Positions 7,599-15,929 of a stretch of DNA of 25,250 bases are shown here, piece by piece. Under the pieces are notes generated by a model, which saw only the letters and a program-made list of their open reading frames with translations, did not search any database and had not been told where the DNA came from. The DNA is from Burkholderiales bacterium (GTDB lineage Bacteria > Pseudomonadota > Gammaproteobacteria > Burkholderiales > SG8-39), in the NCBI GenBank assembly GCA_045810245.1, contig JBJMWH010000253.1:1-25250 (forward strand), in the 5' to 3' direction. Made by a program: the position numbers and the translations under genes. How positions within the stretch are numbered: the stretch's first letter is position 1; the number at the start of each line of letters is the position of its first letter.

Positions 7599-8009
7599 CT
7601 AGAACGCCATCTTGATGCCGAGCGAGCGGTTTTGCTGGACCACCCCGAGCTCCACCGTCAACACGCCGGCGAGGAACATCTGGCGCCAATCGCTCGGCAA
7701 CGCATGCGCCAACGCGACCGTGCCGACGATGGCGCCGACGAAGTAGGCGTCGACCTTTCCGACGGCGGGCGAAGGCCCGAGGATCGGATTCTGCTCGGAG
7801 AAGCGGTTCGGGTTCTTCGCGATGTGACGCGTCTGGCCCCAGTCGACGGCGAGGGCGGCCACGGCCGCGCCGGCGAGCGCGTAATCGGTTTTTTCCCATG
7901 GGCCGCCGGCGTGGCAGAGCGAGGGGAACAGGACAAAAACCAGAAGCAGAAGCGCGGCTCGCGCGGTGCCGGGCCGCCGACGGGTCGCTGCGACAGGGTG
8001 GTTGTCCAT
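7599..8009 (-). CDS. Secreted/membrane hypothetical protein with a DWGQT...ExNPILG motif
   Basis: 136 aa. Signal-peptide-like LLLLVFVLFPSLCHA, hydrophobic helices, DWGQTRHIAKNP..FSEQNPILG and a C-terminal Phe. The start is uncertain. Confidence 0.75.
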   Translation of the reverse strand: MDNHPVAATRRRPGTARAALLLLVFVLFPSLCHAGGPWEKTDYALAGAAVAALAVDWGQTRHIAKNPNRFSEQNPILGPSPAVGKVDAYFVGAIVGTVALAHALPSDWRQMFLAGVLTVELGVVQQNRSLGIKMAF

Positions 8010-8137
8010 GGCGAGCGATTGGACCGCATCGGCGCCGCGCGCGGGGTTAGGATCTGTGAGGCTGCCGAGTCAAAGTGGTCGTCTGCCCGCCAAAGCCGAC
8101 CCGCACTAAAACTCTTTGACGCGCGCGGGGTCGCTCG

Positions 8138-10123
8138 TCAATCCCTGTCAGGGACCTCGGCGAGGTTTTCCAGCCAGGCGGTGGCGTTGCCGTCCGACGG
8201 CGCGCGCCAGTCGCCGCGCGGCGAGAGCGAGCCTCCGGATCCGACCTTCGGCGAATTCGGCACGGCGCTGCGCTTGAACTGGCTCGTTTCCAGGAAGCGC
8301 TTCAAGAAGACGCCCAGCCACTTCTTGACTTCGCGCAGCTTGTACTTGCCGCGCCAGGCGTGCCAGGCGAGGAAGGCGATCTTGGTCGGCGCATAACCGA
8401 AGCGCAGTACATAGTAGAGGTTGAAGTCCTGCAGCTCGTAGGGGCCGACCACGCTCTCGGTCGCCTGATTGCCTGGAACAAGCTCGGGACTGATCTCGGT
8501 CTCGAGCACCCGCCGCAGCGCACGCTTGACGTCGGGGCCCAACTCGTCGGATTCGGCCACCCAGGCGACCAGAAATTTGATCAACGTCTTCGGTACGCTG
8601 CCGTTCGGATTGTAGTGCGACATATGGTCGCCGACCCCGTAGGTGGACCAGCCGAGCGCGAGCTCGGAGAGGTCGCCCGTGCCGACCACCATGCCGCCGT
8701 GCTGGTTGGCGAGGCGGAAAAGATGGCTGGTGCGCTCCCCCGCCTGCACGTTCTCGAACGCGATGTCGTAGACCTTGCGGCCCTTCGCGTAGGGATGGCC
8801 GATGTCCTTCAGCATCTGCATGCACGAGGGCCGGATGTCGATCTCCTCGGCGCTGCAGCCGATCGCACGCATCAGCTGCCACGCCTGGTTCTTGGTACGG
8901 CTCGAGGTGGCGAAGCCCGGCATGGTGTAGGCCAGGATGTTCTTTCTGGGGAGCTTCAGATGGTCCATCACGCGCGCGCATACGAGAAGTGCGTGCGTCG
9001 AGTCCAGGCCGCCCGATACGCCGATCAGCAGCCTCTTGCCGCCCGTGGCCCGCATGCGGGTGGCGAGCCCGTTCACCTGGATGCGGAACACTTCCTCGCA
9101 GCGCGCGTCGCGCGTCTTCGGGTCGCCGGGAACATAGGGCAGCGGGTCGACCTTGCGAATGAGATTGAGGCGTCCCGCCGGTGCCGGCAGCGAAAATTCG
9201 ATGCTCCGGAAGCGGCGCACGTCCTCGTGGTGGCGCAGCGCCGCGGCGCCGAAGGTGTTCTGGCGCATGCGGTCGGCGGCCAGGCGCCCGAGGTCGATGT
9301 CGGCGGCGGCGAGCTGAGGCGTGTCGGCGAAGCGCTTCGACTCGGCGACCAGCGTGCCGTTCTCGTAGATGAGCGCATGGCCGTCCCAGGCGAGGTCGGT
9401 GGTCGATTCGCCCATGCCGGCCGCGCTGTAGAGGTAGGCGGCGAGGCAGCGCGCCGACTGGTTGCCGACCAGCTGGCGGCGGTAGCCTTCCTTGCCGATC
9501 ACGATATTCGAGGCCGAGAGGTTGGCCACCACCGTCGCGCCTGCGAGCGTGGCGAAGGAGGACGGCGGCGTAGGCACCCACAGGTCCTCGCAGATCTCGA
9601 CGTGCAGAGCGAAGGCGGCCTGTTCGGCGATGCGGAAGATGAGCCCCGTGCCGAACGCGGTCGACTGGCCGGCAAGCCGGATCTCGGCGCACGAGGTGGC
9701 ATCGCCGGGCGTGAAGTAGCGCGCTTCGTAGAACTCGCGGTAATTCGGCAGGTAAATCTTAGGCACCACGCCCACCAGGCGGCCGCGGCACAGGAGCGCC
9801 GCGCAGTTGTAGAGCAGGCCGTTCACCGCCACCGGCAGTCCCACGAGCGCCGCGATCGGCAGCCGGCGCGTGCGTTCGATCAGCCGCCCGAGCGCCTCCT
9901 CGGCTGCGTCGATGAGCGCGCGCTGGTGGAAAAGATCGTCGCAGGTGTACGCGGTGAGGCCGAGCTCCGGGAACACGACCAGCGCGGTTTTCTCGGCGGC
10001 AGCCTGCTCGATCAGCTCGAGCGTCGCTTCGGCGTTGTGCCGTGGATCGCCGATGCGCACGATCGGCGTCGCCACCGCCACGCGCGTGAAACCGTGGCGG
10101 TACAGGTTGAAGAAGTCCTTCAC
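8138..10123 (-). CDS. nadE: Glutamine-dependent NAD+ synthetase
   Basis: 661 aa, GTG start. Nitrilase-type domain (VFPELGL, EICEDLW) and synthetase domain (GVSGGLDST, ENVQAGERT, DLSELALGW, FKRSAVPN). Confidence 0.96.
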   Translation of the reverse strand: MKDFFNLYRHGFTRVAVATPIVRIGDPRHNAEATLELIEQAAAEKTALVVFPELGLTAYTCDDLFHQRALIDAAEEALGRLIERTRRLPIAALVGLPVAVNGLLYNCAALLCRGRLVGVVPKIYLPNYREFYEARYFTPGDATSCAEIRLAGQSTAFGTGLIFRIAEQAAFALHVEICEDLWVPTPPSSFATLAGATVVANLSASNIVIGKEGYRRQLVGNQSARCLAAYLYSAAGMGESTTDLAWDGHALIYENGTLVAESKRFADTPQLAAADIDLGRLAADRMRQNTFGAAALRHHEDVRRFRSIEFSLPAPAGRLNLIRKVDPLPYVPGDPKTRDARCEEVFRIQVNGLATRMRATGGKRLLIGVSGGLDSTHALLVCARVMDHLKLPRKNILAYTMPGFATSSRTKNQAWQLMRAIGCSAEEIDIRPSCMQMLKDIGHPYAKGRKVYDIAFENVQAGERTSHLFRLANQHGGMVVGTGDLSELALGWSTYGVGDHMSHYNPNGSVPKTLIKFLVAWVAESDELGPDVKRALRRVLETEISPELVPGNQATESVVGPYELQDFNLYYVLRFGYAPTKIAFLAWHAWRGKYKLREVKKWLGVFLKRFLETSQFKRSAVPNSPKVGSGGSLSPRGDWRAPSDGNATAWLENLAEVPDRD

Positions 10124-10129
10124 TCGCGC

Positions 10130-10135
10130 ATTCTA
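10130..10135 (-). promoter_or_regulatory. -10 box TAGAAT of nadE, 6 nt before the GTG
   Basis: The minus strand reads GCGC-TAGAAT-GCGCGA-GTG with no SD. Confidence 0.55.
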
Positions 10136-10144
10136 GCGCACCTG

Positions 10145-10169
10145 TTATATGGTACTCTAAACCATATAA
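10145..10169. promoter_or_regulatory. Operator-like perfect inverted repeat TTATATGGT-N7-ACCATATAA
   Basis: 9-bp AT-rich arms (10145-10153 / 10161-10169) in a GC-rich genome. Overlaps TATAAT (10165-10170) and the ATG of the downstream two-gene unit. Confidence 0.75.
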
Positions 10170-10384
10170 TGATCCGCGAGACCGTGCTGATCGCCGACAC
10201 CATCCTGACGATCGAGCTGCATGACGACTCGACTTACATGCTGCGCTACGGCGATCTCGTCGAGTACTCGAACGGCCGCCGGCGCGTGCGCGGCAGGGCC
10301 ATGCCGTACGCGTTCAGGTCGGTCGAGCAGCTGCGCTACGACTTCGAGCAGGACGTGCGCGCCGCGGGAGGCACGCTTGCCTAG
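10169..10384 (+). CDS. Short DUF6516/TumE-like protein (71 aa), putative and possibly degenerate toxin
   Basis: The C-terminus PYAFRSVEQLRYDFEQDV resembles the DUF6516 tail, and the gene precedes an HVO_A0114-like HTH gene. Alternative GTG start at 10184. Confidence 0.6.
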   Translation: MIRETVLIADTILTIELHDDSTYMLRYGDLVEYSNGRRRVRGRAMPYAFRSVEQLRYDFEQDVRAAGGTLA

Positions 10385-10751
10385 GCAGGCCCGCCTGCCC
10401 AGGCAGGTCCTCGAAATCCGCGTCGGCCCGGCCGGCGATGCGCTCGACCGCTTCGAGGCGGCCTGGAACCGCCGCGCGGAGGGGCGGCCGCTGCGGACGC
10501 TGAGCGTGCTCACGCTCCCCAGCCTGCCGCAGCTCGTGCAGGCCCTGTCGCCCGCGCGCTGGGCGCTGCTCGCGGCGTTGCGCGCCTCGGGGCCCCTCTC
10601 GATCTATGAGCTGGCCAAGCGGTCGCGGCGCAACTACAAGAATGTGCATACGGATGTGACGCAGTTGGCCGCCCTGGGCGTCATCGCGCGCACAAGTGAC
10701 AACCGCGTCCTAGTTCCTTGGGAGGTGTTGCGCGCAGAATGGTGCCTCTAG
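10377..10751 (+). CDS. Winged-HTH DNA-binding protein, HVO_A0114-like, putative antitoxin/autorepressor
   Basis: TTG start 5 nt after GGAGG, overlapping the upstream stop. 124 aa containing LSPARWALLAALRASGPLSIYELAKRSRRNYKNVHTDVTQLAALGVI. Confidence 0.8.
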   Translation: MPRQARLPRQVLEIRVGPAGDALDRFEAAWNRRAEGRPLRTLSVLTLPSLPQLVQALSPARWALLAALRASGPLSIYELAKRSRRNYKNVHTDVTQLAALGVIARTSDNRVLVPWEVLRAEWCL

Positions 10752-10780
10752 CTGTCAAAAAGAAAGCGTAGGGTGGCATC

Positions 10781-12118
10781 ATGAACGCACGCGCCGACCT
10801 GCAGGCCATGAGCCCCGTCAACCTTCAGCACTACTGGATGCCCTTCACCGACAACCGGCGATTCAAGGCCAAGCCGCGCCTCATCGCCGCGGCAAAGGAC
10901 ATGTACTTCACGACGCTCGAAGGAAAGCAGGTGCTCGACGGCCTGGCGACCCTTTGGTGCGTCAACGCGGGGCACGGCAGGCCGCGCGTCGTCGAGGCGA
11001 TCAGGCGACAGGCGGGGGAGCTCGACTTTGCGTCGTCGTTCGCGCTCGGCCATCCGCTGCCTTTCCGGCTCGCCGAGCGGATCGCCGCCATCGCGCCGCA
11101 GGGCATGCAGCAGGTTTTCTTCACCAACTCGGGCTCCGAGGCGGTCGACACCGCGCTCAAGATCGCGGTCGCCTACCATCGGCTGCGGGGCCAGGGCACG
11201 CGTACACGCTTCATCGGCCGCGAGCGCTCGTATCACGGCGTCAACATCGGCGGCATGTCGGTCGGCGGCGTGGCGGCGAACCGCAAGGCCTACAGCGGCA
11301 TGCTGATGCCGGGCGTGGACCACATTCGCCACACGCACGATCCTTCCAGGAACGCATTTTCGCGGGGACAACCCGGTCTCGGCGCGGAGCTCGCCGACGA
11401 GCTCGAGAATCGCATCATCCCGCTGCACGACGCCTCGAATATCGCCGCGCTGATCGTCGACCCGGTGGCGGCGTCGGGCGGCGTGCTGGTGCCCCCGAAG
11501 GGCTACCTCGAGCGGCTGCGCGACATCTGCACGCGCCACGGCATCCTGCTCATCTTCGATGAGGTCATCACCGGCTGGGGCCGCCTGGGCGCGACCTTCG
11601 CCGCGCAGCACTTCGGCGTCAAGCCCGATCTCATCACCTTCGCGAAGGGCATCACCTCGGGAGCGGTGCCGCTCGGCGGCGTGCTGGTGCGCGACAGCAT
11701 CTACCAGACCTTCATGGGCTCGCAGAGCGCGGGCATGGAGTTCTTCCACGGCTACACCTACTCCGGGCACCCGCTCGCCTGCGCCGCTGCGCTGGGCGCC
11801 CTCGACACCTACGAGGAAGAGAATCTGTTCCAGGCGCCCCAGGCGAAGTACTTCGAGGACGGCGTGCATTCGCTAAAAGCGCTGCCGAATGTCGTCGACT
11901 GCCGCAACCTCGGCCTCATCGGCGCGGTGGAGCTCGCCCCGCGCCCCGGCGGCGTCGGCGAGCGCGGCTACGAGGTTTTCGAGAAGTGCTGGGACCGCGG
12001 CGTGTTCGTGCGTCCCGTGGGTGACTCGGTCGCCTTCTGCCCGCCGCTCATCGCGCAGAAGAAGCACCTCGACGAGATGTTCGGCACCGTCGCTGAGGTC
12101 CTCAAAACCGTAGCTTAG
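10781..12118 (+). CDS. Class III PLP aminotransferase (omega-amino acid/beta-alanine:pyruvate type)
   Basis: 445 aa with YWMPFT, LWCVNAGH, FTNSGSEAVDTALK, SYHGVN, FDEVITGWGRLG, FAKGIT and HGYTYSGHP. Confidence 0.93.
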   Translation: MNARADLQAMSPVNLQHYWMPFTDNRRFKAKPRLIAAAKDMYFTTLEGKQVLDGLATLWCVNAGHGRPRVVEAIRRQAGELDFASSFALGHPLPFRLAERIAAIAPQGMQQVFFTNSGSEAVDTALKIAVAYHRLRGQGTRTRFIGRERSYHGVNIGGMSVGGVAANRKAYSGMLMPGVDHIRHTHDPSRNAFSRGQPGLGAELADELENRIIPLHDASNIAALIVDPVAASGGVLVPPKGYLERLRDICTRHGILLIFDEVITGWGRLGATFAAQHFGVKPDLITFAKGITSGAVPLGGVLVRDSIYQTFMGSQSAGMEFFHGYTYSGHPLACAAALGALDTYEEENLFQAPQAKYFEDGVHSLKALPNVVDCRNLGLIGAVELAPRPGGVGERGYEVFEKCWDRGVFVRPVGDSVAFCPPLIAQKKHLDEMFGTVAEVLKTVA

Positions 12119-12141
12119 GGATTAGGTGTTCGGCTTATTTT

Positions 12142-13107
12142 TCATAACCAGCCTGCCTTCCGGAAACGGGTGAAGAGGAAGGCGTCGATCCCCGCCATCA
12201 GCGCGATCGAGACGGGATAGCCCAGGGTCCAGTCGAGCTCGGGCATGTGCCTGAAGTTCATGCCGTAGACCCCGGCGATCATGGTCGGAACCGCCACCAG
12301 GGCGCCGTAGGCGGCGAGGCGCTTGGTGATCTCGCCGTGCTGCTGGTTCACCATGGCCAGGGCGACCTGGATCGCGGTATTCACCGTGTCGCGCGCGGCG
12401 TCGATCGACTGGTTGATGCGGACGAGGTGGTCGGAGACGTCACGGAAATATTCCCCGAGGCCCGCGCACACTTGCGGGACGCGGCCGCCGTAGAGCTTCC
12501 CCGTGGTCTCGAGAAGCGGTGCGGCCGCATGCTTCAGGGTGGTCAGCTGCTGCTTGACGTAGTAGAGCGCCTCGATGTTCTCTCGCGGCGAGGCCCCGCC
12601 GAAGAGCCGCTCCTCGATCCTTTCGAGCTGCATCTCGACCGCGTCGAGCACCGGGAAGTAGCGGTCCACCACCGCGTCCATGAGCGCATAGAGCACATAG
12701 CCGGCGCCGTAGCGCAGGAGGTCGGGCTCACGCTCAACGCGCGTGCGCACCTCCTGGAAGCCGCGCTCGGTGCGGCTGCGGACCGAAAGCACGAAGTTAC
12801 GGCCCACGAAGATGTTGACCTCGCCGACGCTGAGCTCATCGCCGCCGACCTCGACGGTGTGCAGGACCACGAAGAGCTGGTCGCCGTACTCGTCGGTCTT
12901 CGGCCGCTGGTGGCCGTGGCGGGCGTCCTCGACCGCGAGGGGGTGCAGGTCGAACTCCTGGCGCATCTGCTCGAGCTCGGCCTCGGTGGCGTCCTTGAGC
13001 GCCACCCAGACGAAGCAGCCCGGCCGCGCGAGGTAGCTGTGGATCTCGCGAAAGTCGATGTCGGCGAGCTTGCGGCCCTCCTGGTAGACGACGCAGTTGA
13101 CGAGCAT
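12142..13107 (-). CDS. corA: CorA-family Mg2+/Co2+ transporter
   Basis: 321 aa with LHPLAVEDA, YALMDAVVDRYFP and C-terminal TM helices carrying the signature YGMNF..MPEL. Confidence 0.93.
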   Translation of the reverse strand: MLVNCVVYQEGRKLADIDFREIHSYLARPGCFVWVALKDATEAELEQMRQEFDLHPLAVEDARHGHQRPKTDEYGDQLFVVLHTVEVGGDELSVGEVNIFVGRNFVLSVRSRTERGFQEVRTRVEREPDLLRYGAGYVLYALMDAVVDRYFPVLDAVEMQLERIEERLFGGASPRENIEALYYVKQQLTTLKHAAAPLLETTGKLYGGRVPQVCAGLGEYFRDVSDHLVRINQSIDAARDTVNTAIQVALAMVNQQHGEITKRLAAYGALVAVPTMIAGVYGMNFRHMPELDWTLGYPVSIALMAGIDAFLFTRFRKAGWL

Positions 13108-13118
13108 GGATGGGCCGG

Positions 13119-13206
13119 ATAAATCGGGTCAGATCAACTTTTCCGCGCCGCATGTTACCCCCGTTACAATCGCGGGCTCCGGAAAAGTTGATCTGACCCC
13201 ATTTAT
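13119..13206. repeat. 27-bp inverted repeat (26/27 identical) filling the corA/aminotransferase intergenic region
   Basis: ATAAATCGGGTCAGATCAACTTTTCCG (13119-13145) and CGGAAAAGTTGATCTGACCCCATTTAT (13180-13206), with a 34-nt spacer containing TACAAT. Confidence 0.85.
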
Positions 13207-14419
13207 GCCCGACATCAGCAAACGCGCCGCCAGCCTCGGAACCGAAAACGCCTTTGTCGTGCTCGCTGAAGTGAACGCGCTCGCGCGCCAAGGCCGCGAC
13301 ATCATCAGCTTCTGCATCGGCCAGCCGGACTTCCCCGCTCCCGAGAACGTCCAGCAGGCGGCGATCCGCGCCGTCAAGGGTGGCAAGCACGGCTATACGC
13401 CCTCGGCCGGCATCGACGAGCTGCGCGAGGCGGCCGCCCGGTACATGGCCGCCCAGCGCGGCGGCCTGCCGATCCGTCCCGAGGACGTGGTGGTCGGCGC
13501 AGGCGCGAAGCCCTTCATCGCTTACGCCATCCTTTCAACCACCGACTACGGCGCCGGCGACGAGGTGATCTACCCGAACCCCGGCTTTCCGATCTACGAG
13601 TCGCAGATCCTGGCGCACGGCGCACGGCCGGTCCCGATCCATCTGCACGAAGCGCGCGGCTTCTCGTTCGATCCGGCCGAGCTCGAGCGGCTCATCACGC
13701 CGCGGACGAGGCTCCTCATCCTCAACTACCCGCATAACCCGACCGGCGGCCTGCTCTCCCGCAAGGAGCTCGAGGAGATCGCCGCCGTTCTGAAGAAGCA
13801 TCCGCAAATCTGGGTGTACGCCGACGAGATCTACTCGCGCCTGGCGTATTCGGGCCAGTTCTTCTCGATCGCGCAGGTTGCGGGGATGTACGAGCGCACG
13901 ATCATCTCCGACGGCGCCTCGAAGACCTGGGCGATGACCGGCTGGCGCATCGGGTTCACCTCCAATCCGGCGCTTGCGCCCGTCTTCACCCGCTGGATCA
14001 CCAACACCGACTCCTGCGCCTCGCAGATCAGCCAGTGGGCGGCGCTCGAGGCGATCAACGGGCCGCAGGATGCCGCCGCGGCCATGAAGAAGAGCTTCGA
14101 GGAGCGGCGCGATCTCATCGTCGGGCTGCTCGACCAGGTGCCGGGCGTGAAGTGCCAGAAGCCCGGCGGGGCGTTCTATGTCTGGCCAAACGTCACCGAG
14201 GCCTGCCGCCTGGTCGGCGCGCAGGACTCGGAGGAGTTCAGGAAGCGCCTGCTGAACGAGGCGGGCGTGGCGCTGCTCGCCGACATCCACTTCGGCTCGC
14301 GCGTCCCGGGCGAAGGCCAGCACGTGCGGTTCTCCTATGCGGCCTCCAGGCAGGCGATCGAGGCCGGTGTCGGCCGGATGGCCGAATTCATTCGGAAAAA
14401 CACGAAGAAAGCCGCATGA
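13205..14419 (+). CDS. Class I/II PLP aminotransferase (aspartate aminotransferase-like)
   Basis: 404 aa from ATG 13205. IGQPDF, YTPSAGIDELR, GAKP, NYPHNPTG, DEIY and the PLP-Lys motif SKTWAMTGWRIG. Confidence 0.93.
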   Translation: MPDISKRAASLGTENAFVVLAEVNALARQGRDIISFCIGQPDFPAPENVQQAAIRAVKGGKHGYTPSAGIDELREAAARYMAAQRGGLPIRPEDVVVGAGAKPFIAYAILSTTDYGAGDEVIYPNPGFPIYESQILAHGARPVPIHLHEARGFSFDPAELERLITPRTRLLILNYPHNPTGGLLSRKELEEIAAVLKKHPQIWVYADEIYSRLAYSGQFFSIAQVAGMYERTIISDGASKTWAMTGWRIGFTSNPALAPVFTRWITNTDSCASQISQWAALEAINGPQDAAAAMKKSFEERRDLIVGLLDQVPGVKCQKPGGAFYVWPNVTEACRLVGAQDSEEFRKRLLNEAGVALLADIHFGSRVPGEGQHVRFSYAASRQAIEAGVGRMAEFIRKNTKKAA

Positions 14420-14865
14420 CCATCTGGAAGCCGTCGGCGACCGTGGCGGCGGTCGTCGAGCACGACGGCCGTTTCCTGCTCGTCGAGGAGCGCGTCGAAG
14501 GCAGGCTGGTGCTGAACCAGCCCGCCGGCCACCTCGATCCGGGCGAGTCGCTGATCGCCGCGTGCCGGCGCGAAGTGCTCGAGGAAACGGCGCACCGGTT
14601 CGAGCCGAGCGCGCTCGTCGGCATCTATCGCTGGCACTATGCGGCGCGGGACGTGACGTTCCTGCGATTCTGCTTTCGCGGGCGCATCGAGGGCGTCGAC
14701 GAGCGGCCGCTCGACCGCGAGATCGTCGCGCTGCACTGGCTCTCGCGCGACGAGCTCCTCGCGCGGCGCGCGCAGCACCGCTCGCCGCTCGTGCAGCGCT
14801 GCGTCGACGACTATCTCGCGGGGCGCAGCTTTCCGCTCGAGACCTTCTCCGCGGAATATGCCTGA
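14416..14865 (+). CDS. nudJ: NUDIX hydrolase, NudJ-like
   Basis: 149 aa. Nudix box in [26 protein letters not shown]. Adjacent to mnmA as in the conserved proteobacterial synteny. Confidence 0.85.
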   Translation: MTIWKPSATVAAVVEHDGRFLLVEERVEGRLVLNQPAGHLDPGESLIAACRREVLEETAHRFEPSALVGIYRWHYAARDVTFLRFCFRGRIEGVDERPLDREIVALHWLSRDELLARRAQHRSPLVQRCVDDYLAGRSFPLETFSAEYA

Positions 14866-15928
14866 GCGGGTCGTCGTCGGCATGTCGGGCGGCGTTGACT
14901 CCTCGGTCGCCGCGCTGCTTCTCAAGCGCGCCGGCTGGGACGTGGTCGGCCTTTTCATGAAGAACTGGGAAGACGATGACGACGACGAATATTGTTCGAC
15001 CCGGCAGGACCTGATCGACGCGGCCGCCGCCGCCGACGTCATCGGCATCGACCTCGAGGCGGTGAACTTCTCCGCCGAGTACAAGGACCGGGTGTTCGCC
15101 GAGTTCCTCCGCGAGTATTCGGCCGGCCGCACCCCCAATCCGGACGTGCTGTGCAACGCCGAGATCAAGTTCAGGGCCTTCCTCGACCACGCCATGCGCC
15201 TCGGCGCTTCGAAGATGGCCACCGGGCACTACGCCCGAGTGCAAAAAACAAGCGGCAACTTTGAGTTGCTTCGAGGGGTGGATGCGGGCAAAGACCAAAG
15301 CTATTTCCTGCACCGCCTGAGCCAGGAGCAGCTCTCGCGCGTGCTGTTCCCGCTCGGCGAGCTGGAGAAGTCGGAGGTGCGGCACCTGGCGCTCGAGGCG
15401 GGCCTGCCCAACCACGCCAAGAAGGACTCGACCGGCATCTGCTTCATCGGCGAGCGGCCGTTCCGGGAATTCCTGAACCGCTACCTGCCGAAGGCCCCGG
15501 GGCCGATCAAGACCCCGGAAGGCCGGGTGGTCGGCGAGCACATCGGGCTCGCCTTCTACACCATCGGGCAGAGGAAGGGCATCGGCATCGGCGGCATGGC
15601 GAAGCTGAAAGGGGAAGCGTGGTACGTCGCCGACAAGCGGCTCGGGTCGAACGAGCTCATCGTGGTGCAGGGCCACGATCATCCGTTGCTCCTCAAGAAG
15701 CAATTGAAGGCGCAAGACGCGGCCTGGGTGTCCGGCCGAGCGCCGAGTGAAGACAGCCTTTCGGCGAAGACTCGCTACCGCCAGGCCGACGCGGCGTGCC
15801 GGCTCGGGCGGGTGCTGGAGAGCGAGATCCGGGTGGAATTCGATGCGCCGCAGTGGGCCATCACGCCCGGGCAATCCGTGGTGCTCTACGAGGGCGAAGT
15901 GTGCCTGGGCGGCGGCATCATCACCTAG
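14858..15928 (+). CDS. mnmA: tRNA 2-thiouridine(34) synthase
   Basis: [56 protein letters not shown] and TPGQSVV. Confidence 0.97.
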   Translation: MPERVVVGMSGGVDSSVAALLLKRAGWDVVGLFMKNWEDDDDDEYCSTRQDLIDAAAAADVIGIDLEAVNFSAEYKDRVFAEFLREYSAGRTPNPDVLCNAEIKFRAFLDHAMRLGASKMATGHYARVQKTSGNFELLRGVDAGKDQSYFLHRLSQEQLSRVLFPLGELEKSEVRHLALEAGLPNHAKKDSTGICFIGERPFREFLNRYLPKAPGPIKTPEGRVVGEHIGLAFYTIGQRKGIGIGGMAKLKGEAWYVADKRLGSNELIVVQGHDHPLLLKKQLKAQDAAWVSGRAPSEDSLSAKTRYRQADAACRLGRVLESEIRVEFDAPQWAITPGQSVVLYEGEVCLGGGIIT

Positions 15929-15929
15929 C

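Noticed and set aside
8060-8137. Plus-strand CAAAGCC...CTAA...GCGGGGTCGC resembling part of a c-di-GMP-I (GEMM) riboswitch
   Set aside because: Lacks the GGCAAA/GAAA-tetraloop stem, and no plus-strand gene lies downstream. A cmscan against the Rfam c-di-GMP-I model would settle it.
11450-11480. IVDPVAASGG instead of the usual IVEPVAGS in the class III aminotransferase
   Set aside because: A conservative change; the PLP-binding DEV and AKG motifs are intact, so there is no basis for claiming novelty.
13097-13204. 36-aa N-terminal extension of the class I aminotransferase in the ORF track
   Set aside because: It spans the inverted repeat and overlaps the corA start. ATG 13205 gives a normal 404-aa enzyme.
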